Positions 39,336 to 49,211 of a stretch of DNA of 64,000 bases are shown here, piece by piece. The stretch comes from an archaeon (lineage in GTDB: Archaea > Nanobdellota > Nanobdellia > Woesearchaeales > GW2011-AR9): the NCBI GenBank assembly GCA_043812455.1, contig JBDRMB010000029.1, positions 8,303-72,302 of the forward strand. Direction: 5' to 3'. A program made the translations under genes and the position numbers. Position 1 is the stretch's first letter. Each line of letters starts with the position of its first letter. The notes below the pieces were generated by a model. That model was given only the letters and a program-made list of their open reading frames with translations, was not told where the DNA came from and did not search any database.

Positions 39336-40235
39336 TTAACTCCTAACCCTTAAAGTATAATCTTTAGAGACTTTATAAGTATAAAAATATTCTAAGAATA
39401 ACGTTGTTGGATATGAAGAAGTAATATCATGATATTTTGTACAGACTAGTTCTGCATATTGTTCATCTTCAAACTCAAAACTTTTATCTCCGGTCTTTCT
39501 AAATTCACAATCAATAGTATCCTGACCTAGATTTGATTTAATTAAAGTAACTTCTTCAGCCTGACTTCTTGAACTACCCATATTTTCTATCAAAATTCTA
39601 AATTCAACTTTAGTACCTGTACTGATTTCTTCAATTTCAGTTACTGCTAATGGGCCGCCTTGCCCGCCTAACCTCATTGGATTTGGATAATCTCTACTAC
39701 CTACAGTACAGCCACCATAAACTTCATAATCCGGTTCAGAAGGATCAATACAGACATCAACTGCTAGCTCATTACTATAGTCATAAGTTGCAGTGATGAG
39801 ATAAGGAAAATCTTGCCGTTCAGCACCAACTTTAATGTCCCATACACTAGCTTCAAAATTTAAATTTTCTTTATCTCCAACCGGATTTGTAACACTTCTG
39901 CCTTCCATCACACCACCTTTAGTTGGAAAACTTTTACCTTCCCAATCATATATGTCAACATATTTAGAATCAAAACCTAAAATTTGTAAATGACCGTTAG
40001 ATAAATCGTATGCTCCTTCATTTTTTAGTTCAATTTGAAATTCAATATCTTCAGCTTGGTAAACTTCATCAGGAGGATAATTTTTCACTTTTTCAATTAC
40101 CAAACCAGTATAACCCTGTTTATATGTTCCTTCAAAGGCTGCACCAGTATCTTCAGAACTACAAGAACTTAAAAGTAAGCTTAACATTAAAATCGCACAG
40201 ATTACAATTGTAAATTTAATTTTTTTAATTTTCAT
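39336..40235 (-). CDS. Lipoprotein-like surface protein (paralog)
   Basis: LLSS-C; YPP..VY, ELKNEG.YD, VCIDP, GGQGGPL. Confidence 0.75.
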   Translation of the reverse strand: MKIKKIKFTIVICAILMLSLLLSSCSSEDTGAAFEGTYKQGYTGLVIEKVKNYPPDEVYQAEDIEFQIELKNEGAYDLSNGHLQILGFDSKYVDIYDWEGKSFPTKGGVMEGRSVTNPVGDKENLNFEASVWDIKVGAERQDFPYLITATYDYSNELAVDVCIDPSEPDYEVYGGCTVGSRDYPNPMRLGGQGGPLAVTEIEEISTGTKVEFRILIENMGSSRSQAEEVTLIKSNLGQDTIDCEFRKTGDKSFEFEDEQYAELVCTKYHDITSSYPTTLFLEYFYTYKVSKDYTLRVRS

Positions 40236-40266
40236 TTCTTATTTTATTTTTTTTAATTTCACTTTT

Positions 40267-42204
40267 TCAAACTATTGTAACAGTAATTGTATTTTGTGTA
40301 CTGATTTGATAATCATAATTCAAAATTGCATCAAAAGATTGTACTACAAAATCCTGGGCAGCAATCAAATCTTCCATCTCTGCACCCCATTCCAAGAAGC
40401 AAAGAGATAAAGGGATATCAGAACCTTTGCTAGTTTTATCAGGAACAATTACTGTACCACCTTGCAAACAACTAACATCTAAATCTCCTGGATTATACAT
40501 GTAAGGTTCCAAGTCAATAAAATAATCATTAACATTTATTATTTTTCCAGTACCAGCGTTTTCAATTGATGATACTAAAAGTAAATTATCATCTTTTTCT
40601 ATAATTGGATTAGTTTCTGGTTGACCAAACCCAAAATTTATCCGCGCAAATTCATCTGGTGCACTTGATAAAGCATTAGTACCTGAAAAGTATGTACTTC
40701 TTGCTTCTGCTAAAAGTTCATTATTTTCGTCATAATCTTCAACAAACATTCTAGTTAATGTTGAAGTAGTTTCCAGGCCACTAAACTCTGCTTGATAAGT
40801 TAATGTATAACTCCCATTCAGAAGTTGACCACTTGGTGGACTACAGATTGCCGCTAAAGTATCTGACTTCTCATTAAAAGTAATACTTGAACTTGGAGAA
40901 ATCTCACCTAAGAAACTTTCAGAATTGTCTGAACTACCAGTCTTAGTAAAATTACATATTAATGTTATTCCTAATTCTTGTTCTCTTGGGTTTTCAATTT
41001 CTAAGTTTATTGGATATTGTAAAGCTTGAGTTGTGCCAACACTGACTACTCGTTTTGTTGGAAAACTGTTTCTGTCAACCTTAAAACTAGCTTCGGTCTT
41101 TTCCAAGATTGATCTGTCAACAGTACCTTGTGCAGTTTGTTGTTCATCTTCTTCAATTCTAGTTTTTTCATCTTCTAAACAACGATTATAATCTGAACTT
41201 CCTTCAGTGAAACCATAAACATCGCTGCAAGTATACTTCACTTGAGAATTAAGCTGCCTTTCGGCCACGCAATCATCCACATCAAACCCACCAATGTCAG
41301 CAACGTTTTGTATTGCCTGAAGTGTACATATAAAATTTGACCAGCCCGGATTTTCAGTTTTCGGTGCTTGTTCTCTTAACTGTTCTTGTGCACCTTCAAG
41401 ATCCTCAAGACCTGGAACTACAGAATTTTCATAAGCCACAGTAGGAATCACTGGAATGAGTATTACAACAACCAAATAAAGGATTCCTATAACTCGTGCA
41501 ACATTAATAACGGTATTGCTGCCTTTACCTTCTTCAGTAGGCAACATTAACAATCCAAAAAATGCCCACCATGGCATAAAAAGTACCATGTATTCAAAAC
41601 CATCTTTAACTGCAAAACCTAAAGTTTCAACAAGAAAAGGAATAAGTCCGGCGTCTAGATAAAAAAATAGTACTGGCAACAAACCCCACAATTCTGGACG
41701 AGTTACCCTACCCTTAGTGATGACCATAGAACCAAAAAGGATTAGTATTGAAATTCCTCCAAAGTACATTAAAAAATTTGGGTCATAATTTCCACCAAAA
41801 ACAAAGTACCATAATATCCATATGGCCATTGGTATAAATACTGCAAATTTATCTACTTGAACCTTATTAGAAACAGCATAGCCTGCAAAGATAAATAGTA
41901 AAAAAGAAAGTATTAAAGTTAAGGTTGAATAACCGACAACAAGTTTAACGAAAAAATAAACACCACCGATGATCATCATCACAAAACTAATATTCTTCAA
42001 AGCACTAACAGCATTTGCACCCGCTGCAGCACCTGCACCCCAAATAACTCCCGGACCCGCACTTGCTGCAGCACCCGCACCGCCAGCAAGACCAGTAGCA
42101 CCTTTCAATGCTCCAAGAGCGCCAGCTGCTTTACTTCCAGCACCAGCTGCTGCACTACCTATTCCTTTTAACACTCCTCCTGCTGCTGCACTCTCGCCGG
42201 CCAT
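40267..42204 (-). CDS. Multi-pass membrane protein with Gly/Ala-rich N-terminus and large extracellular domain
   Basis: ~65-aa G/A low-complexity head, about 6-7 TM segments, Cys-containing beta-rich C-terminus ending like the adjacent lipoproteins (IENAGTG..LNYDY). Confidence 0.75.
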   Translation of the reverse strand: MAGESAAAGGVLKGIGSAAAGAGSKAAGALGALKGATGLAGGAGAAASAGPGVIWGAGAAAGANAVSALKNISFVMMIIGGVYFFVKLVVGYSTLTLILSFLLFIFAGYAVSNKVQVDKFAVFIPMAIWILWYFVFGGNYDPNFLMYFGGISILILFGSMVITKGRVTRPELWGLLPVLFFYLDAGLIPFLVETLGFAVKDGFEYMVLFMPWWAFFGLLMLPTEEGKGSNTVINVARVIGILYLVVVILIPVIPTVAYENSVVPGLEDLEGAQEQLREQAPKTENPGWSNFICTLQAIQNVADIGGFDVDDCVAERQLNSQVKYTCSDVYGFTEGSSDYNRCLEDEKTRIEEDEQQTAQGTVDRSILEKTEASFKVDRNSFPTKRVVSVGTTQALQYPINLEIENPREQELGITLICNFTKTGSSDNSESFLGEISPSSSITFNEKSDTLAAICSPPSGQLLNGSYTLTYQAEFSGLETTSTLTRMFVEDYDENNELLAEARSTYFSGTNALSSAPDEFARINFGFGQPETNPIIEKDDNLLLVSSIENAGTGKIINVNDYFIDLEPYMYNPGDLDVSCLQGGTVIVPDKTSKGSDIPLSLCFLEWGAEMEDLIAAQDFVVQSFDAILNYDYQISTQNTITVTIV

Positions 42205-42300
42205 CCATTTACCTCTTTACATTACTATCTAGTTCAATCGTCTAGCTTTTAATTTATATAATAAGAAATAAAAACTTAAGCATATAAAAAGGTTGCTACT

Positions 42301-43491
42301 CTAATCTTCCTTCAATTCAACAGTAAGTTCGCGAACTTCGATAGTCTTACTTGGTACCACTTGTAATGCATTGTTACCTTCAACAACATCATCACTAATA
42401 TCAATAGTATAAGACAATTCCCTAGTATCAAAATGACTTTTATCCCCGTTTACATTGATATAACCAGTCTTTTCAGAAGTGTCATCAACAAAATCTAAAG
42501 TTACTTTAACAAAACTATCTTCATCTTCAACAGATTCCAGTTCTTCTTTGTCAAGTCCAAAATAATAAGTAGTATACTCAATTTCTTCCAAATTAGAGAT
42601 AATTTTCATATGATAAAGTTCATACTCTTCATATTCAGTGTAAAAAGTAATATCATTCTCACCGCGATAAACTAGTTCTGGTGAAAACTCGATTGGAACC
42701 ATACTCAAACCACAATCTGGAACTCCAGAATAAATATTATAATCGTTAATTGTGATGATTAATCTTCCAACATCATCATAATCACATTCTGGCTGGAACC
42801 TCAATTCCAATGCTTCTAAGTTATCATATTCAGTTTCTGATATTAAGAAAGTATTGCTTGCAGATTGGAAATTTAAATCAGTTACTCTTCCTACAACTTT
42901 TACTCTTTCAATACTGGCAGAATTAGTTTTCCAGAATGCAAGTCCTGGTGAAGAAACGCTAATACTAACATTGTTAACATTTTCTAATGAATAATCAGGA
43001 ATAGTGATTATTGGATTTTCGTTCTCATCCAACGGTTTATTGTAAAGTTCTTCCCCATTAACAGTTATTATCAAATTCCCTTGTCCTGAACTTATGGAAA
43101 AACTCATTACAACACTATCAGTATTATCTAAATCATCAACTTCAAAAGTAAATTCAGCAGCTTCTTCAGAAAAAATACCATTTTTTGCATAAAGTGTACT
43201 TTTCTCTAACAGAATTTTACTTTCAGTTTTTGTATAAATGCGCATTGAAGCCAAGCTGTGTTCAACTTCATCCAAAGACAAATATTCAATTTTTCCAGGA
43301 TATTCACTTAAGAGAACTTGTTCTTCAACAGTTGAACTGGTATCTTCAACACTCCCCCCATCAGAATCGCCCAAAATGTTTGCTCTTTCTTCAGGAGATA
43401 CTACAATAATGAACATGATAATCAAACCAGCCACAATAGCTAAAAATATTGCTGCTGCTGCAGCTTGCCCCTTTTTACTTGACTTAAACAT
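42301..43491 (-). CDS. Pilin-like surface protein with class III signal (start revised to MFKSSKKGQ)
   Basis: KKGQAAAAAIFLAIVAGLIIMF; the track start lies inside a foldback element. Confidence 0.75.
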   Translation of the reverse strand: MFKSSKKGQAAAAAIFLAIVAGLIIMFIIVVSPEERANILGDSDGGSVEDTSSTVEEQVLLSEYPGKIEYLSLDEVEHSLASMRIYTKTESKILLEKSTLYAKNGIFSEEAAEFTFEVDDLDNTDSVVMSFSISSGQGNLIITVNGEELYNKPLDENENPIITIPDYSLENVNNVSISVSSPGLAFWKTNSASIERVKVVGRVTDLNFQSASNTFLISETEYDNLEALELRFQPECDYDDVGRLIITINDYNIYSGVPDCGLSMVPIEFSPELVYRGENDITFYTEYEEYELYHMKIISNLEEIEYTTYYFGLDKEELESVEDEDSFVKVTLDFVDDTSEKTGYINVNGDKSHFDTRELSYTIDISDDVVEGNNALQVVPSKTIEVRELTVELKED

Positions 43492-43540
43492 CTTCAAGGT
43501 AAAATAAGTACTCTCTGATATATAAATATTGCTTTTCTTG

Positions 43541-43756
43541 AGGCACCGTAGAATTGCTTTTTGCATCCAAAGGTCAAAACTTTTTCTATAAACATAATCA
43601 GGCTCGTCGCGAGGGGTTGCCCCATACATGAAAATCAAAAACTATTGATTTTCAGTACTGAAATTAAGTAGTTTCTTAATTTCATGTACGGGAACGCAGA
43701 TCTATTGATAAAATATTGAAAGTTTTGAAGATGCATTTAGCAATTCTACAGAGCCT
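43541..43756. mobile_element. 216-bp foldback MITE-like element with a nested insertion
   Basis: TIR AGGCACCGTAGAATTGCT/AGCAATTCTACAGAGCCT (16/18); inner stems TGCATC/GATGCA and TCAAAACTTT/AAAGTTTTGA; same central core as the 11628 element. Confidence 0.75.
43627..43686. mobile_element. 60-bp double-hairpin mini-element flanked by TA duplication
   Basis: TA|CATGAAA...TTTCATG|TA; absent from the core copy at ~11708; two 10-bp hairpins around a central GTAC. Confidence 0.7.
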
Positions 43757-43853
43757 TTTCTTTAGAAGAGCTAAAAAGTTAGCATCCTGAGGTCACAAAA
43801 CAAGAAAAATTAAATAAAGCAACAGATAAACTAACTATAAGCACAAACCAAAA

Positions 43854-44906
43854 ATGGACATTATCAACAAAGATTTCAAAAAAGGTACTGTAAAGTTAAA
43901 AATTAACGATGCTGATGATCTATGGTATCTTAGCCATTTAATAGATCCTGGCGATTTTGTTAGAAGTAAAACTACTCGAAAAATTAAAATTGGTGATAAT
44001 GAAAATGCTTCGGTTGTCAAGAAGACTGTAACTTTAACAATTGAAGCCGAAAAAGTTGAGTATGTTGTAGAAAATAATATTCTTAGAGTTAATGGAAAAA
44101 TTGCGCAAGGTCCAGAAGAATATCCTAAAGGAAGTTACCAAAATATTAGTTTAGAAGAAGGTAGCGAATTCTTACTTGAAAAAGTTCACTGGATGAAATA
44201 TCAAAAAGATAAATTGAAAGAAGCTAGTGAAAAAAAATACAGTTATTTGATTTGCTTATTTGATCGCGAAGAAGCTTTATTTGCTTTAACTAAAAAGTCA
44301 GGCTACCAGATTCTTGGTAAAGCTACTAGTGATTTACCTAAAAAGGGTAATCCTAGCCCGGCACAACAAAGTAACTTTTATCAAGAAATAATCAAAGCAT
44401 TAGATACTTATCAAGCAAGATATAACTCTGAAAGTATTATTCTAGCTTCTCCAGCTTTTTATAGAGAAGATTTATTGAAACAAGTTAAAGATAAAGAGCT
44501 CAGAGCAAAGATTGTAAGTGTTGTGTGCAATTCCGTTAGTGACCCGGCTTTAGATGAAGTCATGCGCAGACCAGAACTTAGAGAAGTACTTAAACAAAGC
44601 AGAAATAGAGAAGAAATGCTTTTAGTCGAAGAATTGTTGGAAGAAATCGGTAAGAATGGTCTTTATTCTTACGGTAAAAAAGAAGTTCTTAGCGCAGTTG
44701 AAGCTGGTGCAGTTTCAAGATTGCTCTTAACGGAAAAACTAGTACAAAAAGAAAGAATGGAAGGGGATTATACTAAAATTGATGAAGCCCTGAAAATGGT
44801 TGATAACTTAAAAGGTGAAGTCCATATCATTTCAAGCGAAAATGATGCCGGTAAAAAAATTGATGGTTTAGGTGGAATTGCCGCAATTTTAAGATATAAA
44901 ATTTAA
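43854..44906 (+). CDS. pelA: Pelota (aDom34) ribosome rescue factor
   Basis: DDLWYLSHLIDPGD, TTRK, LRVNGKI, GAVSRLLL, LGGIAAILRY. Confidence 0.95.
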   Translation: MDIINKDFKKGTVKLKINDADDLWYLSHLIDPGDFVRSKTTRKIKIGDNENASVVKKTVTLTIEAEKVEYVVENNILRVNGKIAQGPEEYPKGSYQNISLEEGSEFLLEKVHWMKYQKDKLKEASEKKYSYLICLFDREEALFALTKKSGYQILGKATSDLPKKGNPSPAQQSNFYQEIIKALDTYQARYNSESIILASPAFYREDLLKQVKDKELRAKIVSVVCNSVSDPALDEVMRRPELREVLKQSRNREEMLLVEELLEEIGKNGLYSYGKKEVLSAVEAGAVSRLLLTEKLVQKERMEGDYTKIDEALKMVDNLKGEVHIISSENDAGKKIDGLGGIAAILRYKI

Positions 44907-45168
44907 TTCTGAGATTCCAATTTTTAGTAAACATTAGTATAAAAAGAATATACTTCTCTGAAAATAATTTCTAAAATATTGTTATTTATCCTCTATTTTT
45001 AAAAACTTTTAAAAGTTTTTTACCCCTTAAGCGTTATTTTGCAAAACCACAACCTTTTAATAGTAGTTCTTTTTACTGATAAGCTAGTAACAAAAAATTG
45101 AATTTACCAAAATTTGATGGTTGTTACAAGTTTAATTTGTTTCAAAAAAAGAGGGGGTTTGGGGTAAA

Positions 45169-45966
45169 ATGATTGTAAAAGACGATTTATTGGTCGAATT
45201 GAGAAGATATTTCGACTTGAACTTGTACGAAGTTAAACTGTGGGCAGCATTACTTAGTAGAGGTGTTTCTACAGCAGGTGAACTTTCTGATATTGCAGAC
45301 GTACCAAGAAGTAGAAGTTATGACGTTCTAGAATCTTTAGAAAAGAAAGGTTTTGTAGTAATGAAAACAGGTAAGCCAATCAAGTATATTGCAATTCCAC
45401 CAACTGAAGTAGTTAACAGAGTTAAGAAAAATATGCAAATTAACGCTCAGGAAAAAATTAAAAGATTAGATACCGTTAAGAACTCAGAATTATTAAATGA
45501 ATTAGAATCACTACATTCTAACGGAATTGCTTTAGTTGATCCAACAGAATTGAGTGGATGTTTGAAAGGCCGACATAATTTATACAACCATTTAGATTAC
45601 TTAATTAAGAATTCTAAGAAAAGTGTTAACATTATGACCACTGATCAAGGATTTTTAAGAAAAGCAGAAGGTTTAAAATCTTCATTGGAAAAAGCTAGGA
45701 AAAGAGGAGTTAAAGTTAGGATTGCAGCTCCAATGAACAAAGAAAACAAAAAAGCTAAAGATGGTCTGAAAGGTATTGCTGACATTAGAAACTTAACTAA
45801 AATTAATTCCAGGTTTGTTAATGTTGATGGAAAAGATTTGGTGTTTATGATGTTGAACGATAAAGAGGTTCACCCAACTTATGATTTAGGAATTTGGGTA
45901 AAGACTCCATTCTTCGCAACATCTATGGACAGCATGTTTGACCATGTTTGGAATACCTTAAAATAA
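45169..45966 (+). CDS. TrmB family transcriptional regulator
   Basis: LNLYEVKLW, TAGELSDIADVPRSRSYDVLESLEKKGFV, GKPIKY. Confidence 0.93.
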   Translation: MIVKDDLLVELRRYFDLNLYEVKLWAALLSRGVSTAGELSDIADVPRSRSYDVLESLEKKGFVVMKTGKPIKYIAIPPTEVVNRVKKNMQINAQEKIKRLDTVKNSELLNELESLHSNGIALVDPTELSGCLKGRHNLYNHLDYLIKNSKKSVNIMTTDQGFLRKAEGLKSSLEKARKRGVKVRIAAPMNKENKKAKDGLKGIADIRNLTKINSRFVNVDGKDLVFMMLNDKEVHPTYDLGIWVKTPFFATSMDSMFDHVWNTLK

Positions 45967-46071
45967 GGTTTTTTTAACCTTAATTTTTATTTTTCTCTTT
46001 CTTAATTTATTGCTTTTAACTTTACAACCGAGTTAATTTTATAAATGAACATCCATTCTTATTCTCTCATT

Positions 46072-47634
46072 ATGGGGAATGAGGATTTGAGTAAAATAAG
46101 TTCTAAATTACATCCATTAGAACGGAAAATATTACCAGTATTAAAGGAAACTATTGATTACAATAAGATTATTGAACTTTCTGAACTGCAAGAAATTGAA
46201 ATTATGCGAGCTTTGCAGTGGTTAGCTAACAAAGAGGTTATTGAACTTAAACAAGAATCTTTCAAAGTTGTAATTTTGGATCAGAATGGATTAAAATATT
46301 CAAAAGAAGGCCTTCCAGAACGAAAATTCTTAGAAGTTCTTAACGAAAAATCAGATCAAGCATTAAGTGTTGATGAGATCCAAGAAAAAACCGGTCTTTC
46401 CAAAGAAGAACTTAACGTTAGTTTAGGGCAACTTAAACGTAAAATCGCAATTGAAATTGAAAAAGGCGATAAGGGATTAAGTGCTAAGATTACACAACGA
46501 GGTAAACAATTACTAAGAGAAGCTAGTCCAGAAGAAAAATTCTTAATGCGCAAATTTCCAATTAAGCTTGAAGATATCAAAGATCTTGATAAATTAGCAT
46601 TTGATGAACTGAAAAAGAGAAAAGGCTTTGTTAAAGTTGATGATGTGAAAAAAAATGAGATTACTTTGACTAAATTAGGCGAAAAACTGTGTCAAGAAGA
46701 TTTTAGTGCTGAAGTTGTTAATCGATTGACGACAAACATGCTAAAAACTGGCAGTTGGAAAGATCAATCATTTCGTGCTTATGATGTAGAAATCAACGTG
46801 CCTAAAATTTATCCTGGGAAAGTACATTTTGTGAACCAGGCTGTAGATTATATTAAAAGTATTTGGCTAGAGATGGGCTTTCAGGAAATGAATGGTAATT
46901 ATGTTCAATCGTCATTTTGGGATCTGGACGCTTTATTTGTTCCACAAGATCATCCTGCTAGAGAAATGCAAGACACTTTTTATTTAAATGGTAAAGCTAA
47001 ATTGCCAGATTTCTGGGAAAAAGTAAAACAGGTCCACGAAAACGGTGCTGATACTAACAGTAAAGGATGGAACTACAAATTTTCTAAAGAAGAAACTGAA
47101 AAATTATTGTTGAGAACTCATACTACTGTCCTTTCAGCACAAACTATTGCTTATTTGAAAAAAGGAACTGAAGAAGAAACAAGAAAAAATCTTCCTGCCA
47201 AATTTTTTGCAGTAGGTAAAGTTTTTAGGAATGAAACTTTAGACTGGAAACATTTGTTTGAATTTTATCAAGTTGAAGGTATTGTTATTGACCCAAACGC
47301 TAATTTGAAACATTTGAAAGGTTATCTTCGTGAATTTTACAAAAAAATGGGTTATACTGATGTTAGAATGAGACCTGCACATTTCCCGTACACAGAACCA
47401 AGTGTTGAAGTTGACGTTTATCATCCTGTGAAAAAAGAATGGGTTGAACTTGGCGGAGCAGGAATATTCCGACCTGAAGTTGTCAAACCTCTGCTAGGAT
47501 TTGAATGTCCAGTACTTGCTTGGGGACAAGGGATGGGTAGAATCATTTCTGAATATTGGAAAATTACTGACATCAGAGATCTTTACAAGAACGATCTGAA
47601 ACAGTTAAGAGAAATGAAAGCGTGGTTGAAATAG
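46072..47634 (+). CDS. pheS: Phenylalanyl-tRNA synthetase alpha subunit (archaeal type)
   Basis: DALFVPQDHPAREMQDTF, LRTHTT, HFPYTEPS, ELGGAGIFRPE. Confidence 0.97.
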   Translation: MGNEDLSKISSKLHPLERKILPVLKETIDYNKIIELSELQEIEIMRALQWLANKEVIELKQESFKVVILDQNGLKYSKEGLPERKFLEVLNEKSDQALSVDEIQEKTGLSKEELNVSLGQLKRKIAIEIEKGDKGLSAKITQRGKQLLREASPEEKFLMRKFPIKLEDIKDLDKLAFDELKKRKGFVKVDDVKKNEITLTKLGEKLCQEDFSAEVVNRLTTNMLKTGSWKDQSFRAYDVEINVPKIYPGKVHFVNQAVDYIKSIWLEMGFQEMNGNYVQSSFWDLDALFVPQDHPAREMQDTFYLNGKAKLPDFWEKVKQVHENGADTNSKGWNYKFSKEETEKLLLRTHTTVLSAQTIAYLKKGTEEETRKNLPAKFFAVGKVFRNETLDWKHLFEFYQVEGIVIDPNANLKHLKGYLREFYKKMGYTDVRMRPAHFPYTEPSVEVDVYHPVKKEWVELGGAGIFRPEVVKPLLGFECPVLAWGQGMGRIISEYWKITDIRDLYKNDLKQLREMKAWLK

Positions 47635-47689
47635 AACATAATTTATTTTTACTAAAATACATTAAAACAAACAAAAAAAAATACAAAAA

Positions 47690-48454
47690 ATGACAAAAGC
47701 AAAAGACATAGCTAAATATTTGGACGAAGAACTAAAGGTCGCAGAGATTGAAGACCATTCTAATAATGGTTTGCAAGTTCAAAATAGTGATAATACAGAG
47801 ATCAAAAAAGTAGCCTTTGCAGTTGATGCTAATGTTGAAACCTTTGAAAAAGCTGCCCAAGCGGGGTGCCAGATGCTTATAGTTCATCATGGCCTAATTT
47901 GGGATGGTATCAAATCCGTTACTGGACTAGACTATTCACGAGTCAAGTTCCTTATTGAAAATGATTTGGCATTATATGGTGTGCACCTCCCTTTAGATGC
48001 CCATCCAAAGTATGGTAATAATTCCCAATTAGCTAAATTGCTAAGTTTGAAAAATTTGAAAGAATTTGGAAAATATCATGGAACTGCAATAGGTTTTATT
48101 GGACAATTTTCAGGAACTCTAGCTGATGTTAAAAAAATCTTAGAAAATAATGATATAAACACAAAATGCTGGGAATTTGGTAAGAAGGATAACGAACAGA
48201 TTAAAACCATTGGTATAGTTTCTGGTGGTGGAATGATGTCAATTAAAGAAGCTAGCGAAATAGCTGCAGATTTATTGCTAACTGGAGATGATAGTAGTTA
48301 TAGTGCTTACTCCTGGGCAAAGGAATTGCAACTTACTGTAATCATTGGCGGACACTACAAAACTGAAGTTTGGGGAGTAAAGGCTTTGATGCCAATTATC
48401 AAAGAAAAATTTAATGTTGGCGTTGAATTTATTGATGTGCCAACTCCAATTTAA
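47690..48454 (+). CDS. Nif3-like (DUF34) dinuclear metal protein
   Basis: DHSNNGLQV, IVHHG, HLPLDAH..GNN, GHYKTE. Confidence 0.93.
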   Translation: MTKAKDIAKYLDEELKVAEIEDHSNNGLQVQNSDNTEIKKVAFAVDANVETFEKAAQAGCQMLIVHHGLIWDGIKSVTGLDYSRVKFLIENDLALYGVHLPLDAHPKYGNNSQLAKLLSLKNLKEFGKYHGTAIGFIGQFSGTLADVKKILENNDINTKCWEFGKKDNEQIKTIGIVSGGGMMSIKEASEIAADLLLTGDDSSYSAYSWAKELQLTVIIGGHYKTEVWGVKALMPIIKEKFNVGVEFIDVPTPI

Positions 48455-48463
48455 GATTGTAAT

Positions 48464-48499
<36 letters not shown>

Positions 48500-48539
48500 C
48501 AATCAGAAGAGGTTATGATAAATAAAAATAACAAATCAA

Positions 48540-49211
48540 TTGAGGTTTAAAAAAATGATGAATAGATTTTTTGCAACTTGGAAAAATGTTGTGTTCAACC
48601 CCATGGAAACTTTCCAACAGTTACCTAACAAAAACCAAATTAAAAATGGTTCTTGGTTTTTCATTAAAGTGCAGGTTCTTATGGCAGCAGTGCTTTTATT
48701 GTTTTTTCTAATAACCTTACCATTAAGAATGTTACCTTACGCTTTTCAAGGGGGAAGTGAAACTTTAATTGGTGGTTTTGGATTATTTGCTAGTGCTTTA
48801 ATCATGGTGATAGCTGTCCCATTTATAATATTAATATCTTGGGGATTTTTATTTGTAGGCGCAGGAATATTACATTTATTCGTTAAATTATTTGGTGGAA
48901 AAGGACCTTACCGTGAAACTTTTCAGGCAGTAGCTTATGCTTCAGCGCCAGCAGTTTTTAATGGAATACCAATAATAGGATATTTTGCTCCAATTTACAT
49001 AGTAGTATTACAAGTGATTGGTATCAATAAAAGACAAAAACTTTCTGTTGGAAGAAGTGTTGGAGTAGTATTGTTGCCGGGAGCAATTATACTTGCAATA
49101 TTAATGATATTACTGATTATAGGACTTATTTTCTTGTTCGCAACTGCAGCAGGTGGTGCAATGTTAACAGGAAATTCGGTTTTATCAGGACTTGGAGGAT
49201 TACTTAACTAA
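48540..49211 (+). CDS. Yip1-family membrane protein
   Basis: VVFNP.ETF, LHLFVKLFGGKG.Y.ETF..VAY; about 5 TM segments. Confidence 0.8.
   Translation: MRFKKMMNRFFATWKNVVFNPMETFQQLPNKNQIKNGSWFFIKVQVLMAAVLLLFFLITLPLRMLPYAFQGGSETLIGGFGLFASALIMVIAVPFIILISWGFLFVGAGILHLFVKLFGGKGPYRETFQAVAYASAPAVFNGIPIIGYFAPIYIVVLQVIGINKRQKLSVGRSVGVVLLPGAIILAILMILLIIGLIFLFATAAGGAMLTGNSVLSGLGGLLN

Noticed and set aside
43492..43638. N-terminal 49 aa of ORF 42301..43638
   Set aside because: Lies largely within the foldback element; the class III signal begins at 43491.
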